The notes: generated by a model from the letters alone, not told the origin. A stretch of 64,000 nucleotides of DNA from a bacterium (GCA_021372295.1 JAJFUS010000011.1:19442-83441); one strand, 5' to 3'. Positions 1-8,647 are shown, counted from the stretch's first letter. Numbers and translations: made by a program.

Positions 1-583
1 TGCCAAAGAGCGCCGCCGTCTGCTGATAGTTATGTGTAATTCCAAGCGTGCCGTCTACAAACCGTCCGGTATCCTCGCGATAGACCAGCCGCTTGGTCGC
101 AAGAAGATAAAACATCCTGCCGTTGTTGACATCCGTCAGCGGATCGATATCCTGCAGATCGGCAAAAATGTCTCTGACAGCCAGCGCAACCGACGGCTTT
201 TTAGCAGTCTCATCCACAAATCGCCACTTGACAGCCCACGTATTAAAGCTGTGGTTAGACAGCACTGGCGTAAAATGATCGCCGGACGTAGCTAGATCCC
301 TCACATAATTGCCCGAAACCTCGATTCGATCCGTAACTCCATAAGTGAGGGTCGCTCTGACCTGTCGATCCAAAAATCTTCCATCACCGATAAACTCGGC
401 ATGCCTGGACTCGTTGTAACCCATCGCCAGGTTGCCCTGGCCAATCGTCCTAGCGGTGGGAACCACATACAGCCCCGAAAGACCATGCCAGGATGTCGTA
501 GTTATCTGATAAGCTTCCGGCTCGGCACAGCACACGCCGCACGCAAGCAAAAGCGCCATTGCGCAAACAAAAAAACTTCGCAT
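1..583 (-). CDS. secreted protein, N-terminal part only (gene runs past window start); possibly a YjbH/DUF940-like outer-membrane beta-barrel
   Basis: Missing from the ORF track because it has no stop in the window. ATG at 583-581 follows GGGGAAGAG. Signal peptide MRSFFVCAMALLLACGVCCA. My hand translation stays open to base 2 (...GLSGLYVVPTARTIGQGNLAMGYNESRHAEF...). It starts 12 nt after the nuoK stop on the same strand. The family call is weak recall. Confidence 0.6.
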   Translation of the reverse strand, partial: MRSFFVCAMALLLACGVCCAEPEAYQITTTSWHGLSGLYVVPTARTIGQGNLAMGYNESRHAEFIGDGRFLDRQVRATLTYGVTDRIEVSGNYVRDLATSGDHFTPVLSNHSFNTWAVKWRFVDETAKKPSVALAVRDIFADLQDIDPLTDVNNGRMFYLLATKRLVYREDTGRFVDGTLGITHNYQQTAALFG

Positions 584-595
584 CTCTTCCCCAAT

Positions 596-919
596 CTAGA
601 GCTTCATCACGCTGATTTTGTCTGCGTCGATGTGCTGTTCGTTTCGATAGATATTGATTACTATCGCAAGCCCGACTGCAGCCTCGGCGGCGGCAAGCGT
701 TATCACAAACACGGCAAAAACCTGACCAGCTATTACCGGCAGTTTCAGATACGAACCAAACGCCACCAGGTTGATATTCGCGGCGTTGAGCATAAGCTCT
801 ATCGAAAGCAGCATACCAATCGCGCTGCGCCTGACCATCATCCCAAACAATCCGATGCAAAAGAGCATCGCGCCAAGCGTCAAAAACCAGCTGATCGGGA
901 TTCCATACGCGCTATGCAT
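596..919 (-). CDS. nuoK: NADH-quinone oxidoreductase subunit K
   Basis: 107 aa with three hydrophobic helices. SIELMLNAANINLVAF is typical of NuoK/ND4L. Overlaps nuoJ by 8 nt. Confidence 0.9.
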   Translation of the reverse strand: MHSAYGIPISWFLTLGAMLFCIGLFGMMVRRSAIGMLLSIELMLNAANINLVAFGSYLKLPVIAGQVFAVFVITLAAAEAAVGLAIVINIYRNEQHIDADKISVMKL

Positions 920-1448
920 CTTCCGCGTCCTCCTTGGCGATTACCACCGCTCCGACCAGCACCGCCAGCAATATCACGGAAGCAAGCTCGAACGGAAACA
1001 CATAAGGCTGCAGCAGAGCTCTGGCAATGGCGTCTGTTCCGACGTCCGAGTTTGCAGGCCCTTTCGCAACGATCCGTTGCACCCAAACTGAGTTCGCGAC
1101 AGTCACCAGCAGGAACAAAAACGTCACACCCGCGGCGGCCGCAGCTAGAAGAGGGTTATAAATGGCCTGCGAGAACCCGATCTTCATAACCCTGCTCGAC
1201 AGGAATATCGCCAGGATTATCATAGTGGTAATTGCGCCGACGTAAATCATCACCTGCACGGCCGCCAGAAACGGCGCGTTCATCAGGGCGTATATCCCAG
1301 CCACGCCGAAGAGCATCAGCCCTAGGCACAGCGCCGCGCGCAATATATTCGGCACAAGCACCACGCCCAACGCGGCAAGTACCGTTATACCGGCCACGGC
1401 AATAAACGCGAGCTGATATCCTGTTATGAAAAATCCATAGATGTGCAT
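912..1448 (-). CDS. nuoJ: NADH-quinone oxidoreductase subunit J
   Basis: 178 aa, hydrophobic. FLAAVQVMIYVGAITTMIILAIFL is the NuoJ/ND6 core. Lies between nuoI and nuoK. Confidence 0.85.
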   Translation of the reverse strand: MHIYGFFITGYQLAFIAVAGITVLAALGVVLVPNILRAALCLGLMLFGVAGIYALMNAPFLAAVQVMIYVGAITTMIILAIFLSSRVMKIGFSQAIYNPLLAAAAAGVTFLFLLVTVANSVWVQRIVAKGPANSDVGTDAIARALLQPYVFPFELASVILLAVLVGAVVIAKEDAEDA

Positions 1449-1456
1449 AATTGTAT

Positions 1457-1945
1457 TTAAGGTTGGCTTTCCGACTCCTGCGCTTCAGGTTCTTTGGGCA
1501 ATTCGCCGCCCAGCTCGTTCAACTTATTCATATTATAGACCATCTGCTCGCGACTATAGCAGGCAAGCTCGAATGTGCGCGCGGGCTTCAGACAATTCTT
1601 CGGACAGACCTCCATGCACAGCCCGCAAAACATGCACCGGGAAATATCTATCGAAAACTCCGAGGGTTTGCGATCTTTGGGATCAGTTTTGTCGAGCACG
1701 ACCGTGATTACCTGCTCCGGGCACATCCGAGCGCACGCGCCACACGCTATGCACTCGGAACGATGAGTTTCGAAATCCACCGGCAGCGCCGGCATCCCGC
1801 GGTAAGCCTCAGGCAAAACGGGCTTCTGCTCGGGGTAGAGCTCGGTCACGCACGGCCTGGTGAAACTCCAGTTGATTGCCGTAATTCTCAAGCCCTTTAT
1901 GATACTCACAAACGAGTTTTGTATATCTTTCAAAATAGTGGACAT
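1457..1945 (-). CDS. nuoI: NADH-quinone oxidoreductase subunit I (2x[4Fe-4S])
   Basis: Two ferredoxin motifs, CIACGACARMCP and CMFCGLCMEVCP. Position in the nuo order fits. Confidence 0.9.
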   Translation of the reverse strand: MSTILKDIQNSFVSIIKGLRITAINWSFTRPCVTELYPEQKPVLPEAYRGMPALPVDFETHRSECIACGACARMCPEQVITVVLDKTDPKDRKPSEFSIDISRCMFCGLCMEVCPKNCLKPARTFELACYSREQMVYNMNKLNELGGELPKEPEAQESESQP

Positions 1946-2988
1946 TACTTAGGCATCCAAAAAACTACGTACGCGCCGGTCACCAGCAAGTTGGCCAGCC
2001 CCGTCGGGATAAGAGCTTTCCATGACAGGTTCATCAGTTGGTCGATCCTCACGCGGGGCAGGGTCGAGCGAACCCACATTATAAACACAACCAGCAGCCA
2101 GCACTTAATCATAAACCACACGAGCGATACCGCCGAGAACGCGAGTCCCGAGAGCTGACCACCCAGTATATGAAGCGGCGGTTGATATCCGCCCAGGAAG
2201 AGAGTCACGATAATCGCCGATAGAGTAAATGCCTCGGCAAACTCCGCCAGGAAAAACAGAGCGAACTTCATCCCCGAAAATTCTGTGTTGAACCCCGCCA
2301 CAAGTTCCGATTCGGCTTCCATGATATCGAATGGAGTTGTGTTGATCTCGGCAAGCCCGGCTATAACAAGCATTAGAAACGCGATCGGAGCCATAAACCA
2401 GCCGGTGAACAGGTTCCAATGCCAGAACCCACCGGCCTGGCTCACCACTATCTTGTCCAAATCGAGCGAACCGCATATCAGCACCGGCACAATCACCGCC
2501 AGTATGATCGGAACTTCGTAAGCGACCAACTGAGCCGCTCCTCGAAACGCGCCCAGGAGTGACCACTTGTTGTTGGACGCCCATCCTGCAACCACTATGC
2601 CGATTATACTCACCGATGAGATCGCGGTAATATACATAATCCCGACATTCATGCTGCGTGCCGTAAGCCCCTCGCCGAACGGTATCACCACATATACCAG
2701 ATAAGCGGGGATAAACACGAGCGCCGGAGCGATTGTAAACAGCCATCTGTCGGCTGCGCGGGGGATTACGTCTTCTTTTTGAAAGAGTTTTAGGGCGTCG
2801 GCCACAGTCTGAAACACGCCCCAGGGGCCGGTGCGGTTGGGGCCCAGCCGCGACTGTATTCGCCCGATGACCCATCTGAGCTTGAGAACCAGGTACAGAA
2901 CCGCCACTAGCATAAATACAAGTACGACAACCGCAATCGCTATCAGCTTGCCCAGTTCAAGCGCCAGATCAATGAGAATATGGTTCAT
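1945..2988 (-). CDS. nuoH: NADH-quinone oxidoreductase subunit H
   Basis: QSRLGPNRTGPWGVFQTVADALKLFQKED is the NuoH/ND1 signature. Multi-pass membrane protein. Confidence 0.92.
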   Translation of the reverse strand: MNHILIDLALELGKLIAIAVVVLVFMLVAVLYLVLKLRWVIGRIQSRLGPNRTGPWGVFQTVADALKLFQKEDVIPRAADRWLFTIAPALVFIPAYLVYVVIPFGEGLTARSMNVGIMYITAISSVSIIGIVVAGWASNNKWSLLGAFRGAAQLVAYEVPIILAVIVPVLICGSLDLDKIVVSQAGGFWHWNLFTGWFMAPIAFLMLVIAGLAEINTTPFDIMEAESELVAGFNTEFSGMKFALFFLAEFAEAFTLSAIIVTLFLGGYQPPLHILGGQLSGLAFSAVSLVWFMIKCWLLVVFIMWVRSTLPRVRIDQLMNLSWKALIPTGLANLLVTGAYVVFWMPK

Positions 2989-3018
2989 ATTGCCCCTACT
3001 GCGTTAAATATCACCGGC

Positions 3019-3228
3019 TTAATTATATGAACCAAGAGGTGCAGTGTCAAGGACATGCGCTATTAGCCTGTTTTTGAGGGAAAAGTATATATTTGCTGAC
3101 GCGATCATCTGTTGGCAGGCATCAATGGCATTTCGTCCCTGCAGATTCCACGCTTCAAATAGCGTCCTGAGCACGCTGCAAGTTTTAAGACCTTTGAATG
3201 ACTGACTTCCCCCACTAATCTCTCTCAC
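3019..3228 (-). pseudogene. possible 3' remnant of an IS66-type transposase gene
   Basis: The 69-aa ORF REISGGSQSFKGLKTCSVLRTLFEAWNLQGRNAIDACQQMI resembles the RK-SGG-S-G...T...QG C-terminal tail of IS66-family transposases. A shifted frame just upstream (about 3290-3400) reads ...SAAERILAE.... No intact DDE domain. Locally AT-richer. Recognition from memory only. Confidence 0.3.
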
Positions 3229-3456
3229 AACAACCGCCGGTCTACAACTCTCTGTGGCATTATTCTCAGAGGGATCTCAGGATTGCCCACAAAGAAAAAA
3301 GCTCGCCGATGAACTTAGTCATACGCTCGGCAAGAATCCGTTCCGCCGCAGATTTCGCGCCAATATAAGGTGGCAAACCACTAGAAGCTCACATTCAAAA
3401 CCCACCTTTAGACGACGGGTGTCGGAGAGTCTCATCCCCGACACCCGTTTGTCGCA

Positions 3457-4152
3457 TCAGCGGTGATCGCCGACCCACCTATCCAGGCGGAATACCCAGT
3501 TCGCATCTTTCGAAGCCAGGAACTGAGCCTGTTGTCTCATTGCCGGTGTGGCTGCCCGAGTCGCGCCGAGTGTGTCGGCCGCGCGGGACTGTTGAAGCAG
3601 CTGAGAGAGTGTGCTTGCGTAAACCGCATCAAAGCAGTCGCAGGGCTGACTCTCGAGATCGGCTATTATAGCTTGCGCTCTGCCACAATCTGGCGAAACC
3701 TGAGCGCACGCCATGTTTCCGTACCACCTCTGCAGCTTGGCGTTTGCGCTGGTGAGATAACCATTGATCTCACCAGAAATGTTGCGCAGGTTGCCATTGG
3801 TAGTTCGCTGCATTCCGTATTCGGTAACAGCGATAATCACGCTGTTTTGCTCATACATTCTGCTCGCGTAAGCAGGATCGAAGTTAGGGCATTCAAGACA
3901 CTCCAAGCCTGCCGCTGGTCCGGCTCCGGTCGCCGCGGGGACTGCAGCCGGGCATGGACATCCGCAAGGCTGCGGGCAGACCTGACAAGGCTCTGCGCAC
4001 GGCTTAGGACAGACCTGACAAGGCTGCGGACACTGCGTCTGAACTTGAACAGGTGCAGTTCGCACGCATGTTGGGCACTGAGCCCAGACAACCGACGCGG
4101 CAAGTATGAACATCAACATCACCAGCGTCCATCTTGCGTATTTCATCTTCAT
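3457..4152 (-). CDS. secreted protein with a Cys-Pro repeat region and a DUF305/DUF4142-like helical domain
   Basis: ATG at 4152 sits 7 nt after AGGAGGC. Signal peptide MKMKYARWTLVMLMFILAASVVWA. Then CPTC..CPQPCQVCPKPCAEPCQVCPQPCGCPCP. The C-terminal two-fold helical repeat ends in ...RLDRW. The longer track ORF start at 4284 has no RBS. Confidence 0.75.
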   Translation of the reverse strand: MKMKYARWTLVMLMFILAASVVWAQCPTCVRTAPVQVQTQCPQPCQVCPKPCAEPCQVCPQPCGCPCPAAVPAATGAGPAAGLECLECPNFDPAYASRMYEQNSVIIAVTEYGMQRTTNGNLRNISGEINGYLTSANAKLQRWYGNMACAQVSPDCGRAQAIIADLESQPCDCFDAVYASTLSQLLQQSRAADTLGATRAATPAMRQQAQFLASKDANWVFRLDRWVGDHR

Positions 4153-4255
4153 GCCTCCTGAGAAGCCAGTGAACGTCCCCCACTGGGGATTCTTGAAAAG
4201 CACGAATGCTTTCTCAGTAATATTATTCCTGCGCAGGAGGCGAATGAATCGTGTT

Positions 4256-4738
4256 TTATATATGATGATTTGTTGAATGCACACCGATGGCCGGTATGCC
4301 GTGCACGGACTTGGTCATCTTGATCTTGGTGCCCTCATCGGGTTTGGAGATGTAGTTAACCGTATCCATAAGACACTTTATCAAAACTATACCATAGCCG
4401 CCTTCTCTGTCGAAATCTATATCGGCGTTTGGAATCACGCCATCGGCGGGCGCGCAAAACCCTCGACCTCTATCCGTGACTTCAACCAGCAGGCCGTGTT
4501 TACGACGCGCGCATCTGATATGCATTCGCGGCATTCTTGAGCAGTCTACGTATGCGTGCCGGACTATATTGGTAGCAGCCTCCGACGCGGCTATTTCTAT
4601 CTCTTCGATAGTTGCTTTAGGCATATCGGACGATTCCGCGAAGTCTGCGATAACCCGCCTGATCGTCCGAACATATTCGGGTTTGCACGGCACTCTCAGC
4701 TCGATTACGTCGGCGCCTGGTCTATTTGTCGAGATCAT
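4256..4738 (-). CDS. anti-sigma-factor serine kinase (RsbW/SpoIIAB-like, HATPase_c_2)
   Basis: IEIAASEAATNIVRHAY ... EVTDRGRGF ... GGYGIVLIKCLMD are GHKL ATPase N, G1 and G2-type motifs at RsbW size. Start placed at internal ATG 4738 (MISTNRPG). Confidence 0.75.
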   Translation of the reverse strand: MISTNRPGADVIELRVPCKPEYVRTIRRVIADFAESSDMPKATIEEIEIAASEAATNIVRHAYVDCSRMPRMHIRCARRKHGLLVEVTDRGRGFCAPADGVIPNADIDFDREGGYGIVLIKCLMDTVNYISKPDEGTKIKMTKSVHGIPAIGVHSTNHHI

Positions 4739-5151
4739 ATCCGTATACCTCGATAAGTCATAGTACGACTGATTCCTTTGTACCCCGTACGCTTGCCGCC
4801 GAAACAGGGTGCTTGTCAGATATACGGAAACTTTCTGAAAATAGAATGCTGCTGGCATGATATTAGGTGGTCCACGCCAAATTCATTTGTGAAAGCAAAA
4901 GAAGGAGGCGAGCCGCAATCATGTTGAGGCCAGTGAAAACTCCCTGGCCCGCAGATTTGGTTTGAAGCTTTGTTACAAGCAGGTGCAGAGAATCGCTCAG
5001 CAACAGGTTCATAGGTTATATTGTCGGCTGATATGGTAAAGGAAATCGTAAATGTGGCCGCTAGTGCGTTAAATTAGGCGTAAGCCAATACTGCAAAATA
5101 CCATGTGTTTGTTTGCATTGGCCAACATTTTGCACTCCGCACGTGCAAGTA

Positions 5152-5180
5152 TTGACCTTATCCTCCAAACGTGGCATACT
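5152..5180 (+). promoter_or_regulatory. candidate sigma-70 promoter
   Basis: TTGACC, 17 nt, CATACT. Lies 32 nt upstream of the TTG start at 5213. Confidence 0.4.
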
Positions 5181-5212
5181 AGGCGCAGCATTAACCCTCG
5201 AGGAGGCGTCTC

Positions 5213-5554
5213 TTGGAAGAAAACGGCAAGACGCAGTTTAAGCTCTCGCGCCTGGTGCGCACGGCTGCTTCGGAGATTTACGTTGTATGGGAAGGCGAAA
5301 CGCGAGTCGGGCAGGTTCATCTGCATTATGCCCACGACACCATCCATGCCTCGCTGCTGCTGGAAGTCGATCTGACCGTCACCGAGGAAGAGGATCTGCT
5401 GGAAGCAATAGACGAAGACATCGTTTCAAGTTATCTTCCAAGTTTCGATAGAGAAGACCTGCTTGTGACGGTCTTTCGTGCGGAGGAGATCAGCTCGTTC
5501 AGTTACGCTCCGGCCGATATGGACGGCTTTGAGCCCGACGACGATGAAGATTAG
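5213..5554 (+). CDS. hypothetical acidic protein
   Basis: TTG start 7 nt after GAGGAGG. A TTGACC-17-CATACT promoter lies upstream. 113 aa, with a D/E-rich C-terminus. No family recognised. Confidence 0.55.
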   Translation: MEENGKTQFKLSRLVRTAASEIYVVWEGETRVGQVHLHYAHDTIHASLLLEVDLTVTEEEDLLEAIDEDIVSSYLPSFDREDLLVTVFRAEEISSFSYAPADMDGFEPDDDED

Positions 5555-6414
5555 CGATCCAGAGCTTTCGCCAACGCGTTCAGTCCGTCTGCAAGCCTTG
5601 GACCTGGGCGGACCAGAAAATCGTTGTTGATGACATAGACGCGCTTGTTCTTCGCTGCAGGCGTTGTTTTCCAGGCGGGACTTGTCAGGAAGAAACGCTC
5701 GTCACCTTTTGAGCCAACCACGATAACATCGGGATTGCGTGAGACGGCCAGTTCTCTGGAAAACGTCACGAATCCAGGTCGGGCATCGCGCGCCACGTTC
5801 TTTGCATGCGCAAGGCCGATCATCTCGTCTATAAACGTATGAGGCCCTGCAGCCCACAGCGGATCGGCTTGAATCACTACAAGCACGTTTTTCTGCTTCT
5901 TCTTCGCGCGGCTCGATTTTACGGCAGCAATTTTGCGCTGCATTTTCTTTACAACCGATTCCGCGGTTTTCGTTCGCGCGGTGATCTTACCCAGAGTGCG
6001 AATGTCGCAGGTCAGTTGACTTATTGTCTTGGGATCCACTGCAAACACCGTAAGCCCCAGCTTTTCAAGCGCCGAAATAACTGAATCGTTAACCAGCGCA
6101 TGCGCAACCACTAAATCCGGCTTCAACGCCACGACAGCCTCGACGCTGATGGCCATATCGCCGATTTTGGCTTTCTTCATCGCTCGGGCAGGGTAGTTGC
6201 AGTATTTCGTCACTCCCACTATTCTCTGATCCAACCCCAGAGCAAATAGTATCTCGGTATTGCTGGGAGTAAGCGATACAATGCGCACGGGCTTGGCCTT
6301 GATTGTGACGGCCTTACCTCTGGCGTCTTTCACTTTCATTGGATAACCGGCGTGCGCCGCAACCGACAGCGCGAACATGCACACCAGTCCAATCGGCAAA
6401 ACCCATTTTTTCAA
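5551..6414 (-). CDS. ABC transporter periplasmic substrate-binding protein (BtuF/FecB-like, cluster A)
   Basis: RIVSLTPSNTEILFALGLDQRIVGVTKYCNYP is the typical BtuF/siderophore-binding N-lobe. Signal peptide KKWVLPIGLVCMFALSVAAHA. The likely start is TTG at 6417 or 6414 after GAGGG. The track start at 6492 is probably too long. Confidence 0.8.
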   Translation of the reverse strand: MKKWVLPIGLVCMFALSVAAHAGYPMKVKDARGKAVTIKAKPVRIVSLTPSNTEILFALGLDQRIVGVTKYCNYPARAMKKAKIGDMAISVEAVVALKPDLVVAHALVNDSVISALEKLGLTVFAVDPKTISQLTCDIRTLGKITARTKTAESVVKKMQRKIAAVKSSRAKKKQKNVLVVIQADPLWAAGPHTFIDEMIGLAHAKNVARDARPGFVTFSRELAVSRNPDVIVVGSKGDERFFLTSPAWKTTPAAKNKRVYVINNDFLVRPGPRLADGLNALAKALDR

Positions 6415-6466
6415 CAATGCACCCTCTGTAATGGTAAATATTAAATATAAAATACTAAATATAAAA

Positions 6467-7207
6467 TCAGGAATCTTGTTTCGGCTGAGCAAGCCTGCGC
6501 AAGCAAGACACTTCTTTTGCAGTCAAAAACCGATACTGCCCCTCGGGCAGGCCTTTAAGATCAAGAGAACCCAGCCGCACGCGGGCGAGCTTTTTGACTC
6601 TGTGGCCCACTGTCAAAAGCATCCGGCGCACCTGTCGCTTGCGACCCTCGTGAATTGTGAGCTCGACCGTACTCGTGTTTGTATCTAGGGAATACGATAT
6701 GAGGCGAGCCTTCGCAGGAGAGGTCATTCCATCGTCAAGTTCGACACCATTCTCGAGCCGGGCCAGCTTTTCGTCAATGACTCTGCCGACAACTTCGGCA
6801 ACGTAAACCTTGTCGATCTCATGCGAAGGATGAGTCATAAGATGCGCGAAATCGCCGTCGTTTGTGAGGATCATCAGACCCGACGTATCGACATCCAACC
6901 GGCCCACCGGGTAGAGATATGCGTCTATCGCACTCACAAGTTCGACCACGGTATTTTTCGCGAACCGGTCGAACCGGGTGCTCGTATAACCGACGGGTTT
7001 GTTGAGGAGAATATAAAGTTTGTCCTGCATTGGGTCGATTGGTTTGCCGTCCAGGCTGATTTCGTCTCTATCGGGATCGGCTTTCGCCCCAAGTTGACCG
7101 ATCACACGCCCATTGACCGAAACTCTACCTGTAGCGATCAATCCCTCGCAGTGACGTCGTGAACCTACGCCGGCGGCGGCGAGAATTTTCTGCAATCGCT
7201 GCTCCAC
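6467..7207 (-). CDS. rluB: 23S rRNA pseudouridine synthase (RsuA/RluB family)
   Basis: S4 domain LQKILAAAGVGSRRHCEGLIATGRVSVNG and catalytic GRLDVDTSGLMILTNDG. GTG at 7207 follows GGGAGGAA. Confidence 0.88.
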   Translation of the reverse strand: MEQRLQKILAAAGVGSRRHCEGLIATGRVSVNGRVIGQLGAKADPDRDEISLDGKPIDPMQDKLYILLNKPVGYTSTRFDRFAKNTVVELVSAIDAYLYPVGRLDVDTSGLMILTNDGDFAHLMTHPSHEIDKVYVAEVVGRVIDEKLARLENGVELDDGMTSPAKARLISYSLDTNTSTVELTIHEGRKRQVRRMLLTVGHRVKKLARVRLGSLDLKGLPEGQYRFLTAKEVSCLRRLAQPKQDS

Positions 7208-8432
7208 ATTTTCCTCCCACCACCAGGCACGCAAGGATTAGCCCACTCATTCCGGCAAACCTTAAAAACTTGCGCGTAGCGCTGATTTCCATATTTTGTG
7301 CCGCGCGAAGCTCCACGCTTCCAGCATCGCGACCGTTTACATAAGCAGTCATAACGCCCATCTTTGTGCCTCGAACAATCGGGGCTTCAACAGGCTCGGC
7401 TTCGATTTTTGTCACGATTTTTCCGCCGGTCTTGGGCACGATTACTCTGAAATCGCGAATGGGCGTAAGCGCGATATTGTCTTGGGCTCCGCCGCGAACC
7501 TCAAGACGCCCGCATACATCGTCCTTCTTTGCGACTTCCACAGGTATAAACCCCGCAAAAGCGTAGTCCATCATAGCGGCGGTGTCGCGTCCCGCGTTGT
7601 CGCTTCTCAAAACAGCCGAGATCAGCCGCCAGCCGTTCCTGGTCGCGCTGCCCACATAGCAATAGCCCGCCTGCTTTATATATCCCGATTTGATTCCGTC
7701 AGCGCCATAGTAGTCCCTCATAAACCTGGATCGACAGAAAACGATCATGTCTTCCTTGTTTTTAGTCCTGGACGAGAGCGTATATCTACGCGTATTGACC
7801 ACTTCGTTAAATATCTCATACTTCGAGGCGTATCTGGCCATCAGGCACAGATCGTAGGCCGACGAGTAATGCCCCTTGGCGTAAAGTCCGTTCGGAGTAA
7901 CAAAATGCGTGTCCCTGCAGCCGATCTCTTTTGCCTTTTTGTTCATCATCGCAGCGAATTTGGCCGTGCTTCCCGCTATATGCTCAGCGGCGGCAACCGC
8001 GGCGTCATTTGCGGAACGGATCATCATGCCATAGAGCAGATCGCGGACGGTTATCTTCTCGCCAGGTTTTAGATGGATCGACGTAAACTGAGTCTCACTG
8101 GCGTTTTTGGACGCGGTAACGATGTCGTTCATCCCACAGTTTTCAATCAGCAGAATGGCAGTCATGATCTTTGTGGTGCTGGCCATCGGCCTATGCAGAT
8201 GGGCGTTTCTTTCATACAGGACAACACCCGTCTGAGGATCCATTAACACGGCACAAGCTGCATTCACGCATGGCTGTGCCGGAAGAGCCGACTTCACTCG
8301 GGGCACATCTATAACGCGCCCGGCATCCGCACCCGCGCCTACAGCCGGGCCGCACAAAACCGAAATCACCAACAACACCGCCGAAACAGCGCCCCGACGG
8401 CTTAATACAGAAAGCCTCATGCTCAGTCGCAT
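7125..8432 (-). CDS. D-alanyl-D-alanine carboxypeptidase (PBP5/6 class, S11)
   Basis: Signal peptide, SxxK (ASTTKIM), SxN (RSANDAA) and KxG-like motifs, and a C-terminal hydrophobic anchor. The 3' end overlaps rluB by 83 nt. Confidence 0.88.
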   Translation of the reverse strand: MRLSMRLSVLSRRGAVSAVLLVISVLCGPAVGAGADAGRVIDVPRVKSALPAQPCVNAACAVLMDPQTGVVLYERNAHLHRPMASTTKIMTAILLIENCGMNDIVTASKNASETQFTSIHLKPGEKITVRDLLYGMMIRSANDAAVAAAEHIAGSTAKFAAMMNKKAKEIGCRDTHFVTPNGLYAKGHYSSAYDLCLMARYASKYEIFNEVVNTRRYTLSSRTKNKEDMIVFCRSRFMRDYYGADGIKSGYIKQAGYCYVGSATRNGWRLISAVLRSDNAGRDTAAMMDYAFAGFIPVEVAKKDDVCGRLEVRGGAQDNIALTPIRDFRVIVPKTGGKIVTKIEAEPVEAPIVRGTKMGVMTAYVNGRDAGSVELRAAQNMEISATRKFLRFAGMSGLILACLVVGGKCGAAIAENSRRRRRRFTTSLRGIDRYR

Positions 8433-8446
8433 TCTCCGTTACTGTA

Positions 8447-8647
8447 TTGAGGGTTTCACCCTCAAGCTCCCGACCAAGGGCCTCCGCCCTTGGAACCCGC
8501 TGGGGCCGCAGGCCCCAGACCCCTAGTGCAGAGTTATATGCTCCCTTAAGGGAGCATATAACTCTGAGTCAGAAGGTCCAGGAAACTGGGTTTCCTGGCA
8601 GAGTCCAGAGACAGAGTCTCTGGCAGGGCTTGGGGCGGAGCCCCAAA
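8447..8647 (+). repeat. seven-hairpin mosaic repeat, copy 1 (full, modules M1-M7)
   Basis: TTGAGGGTTTCACCCTCAA ... CCAAGGGC/GCCCTTGG ... CTGGGGCC/GGCCCCAG ... 17-bp hairpin at 8529-8566 ... CCAGGAAAC/GTTTCCTGG ... CCAGAGAC/GTCTCTGG ... TTGGGGCGGAGCCCCAA. Abuts the scpB stop (8648) with no spacer. Confidence 0.9.

Noticed and set aside
4921-4965. 14-codon ORF MLRPVKTPWPADLV, 8 nt after GAAGGAGG in the 4739-5212 intergenic region
   Set aside because: Too short to support without conservation or expression data. It could be a leader peptide, but there is no attached structure or downstream gene on that strand nearby.
6415-6466. Cobalamin riboswitch expected upstream of the BtuF-like binding-protein gene
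   Set aside because: Only about 50 nt of AT-rich spacer separate it from rluB. That is far too short for the B12 element, and it lacks the conserved B12 box.
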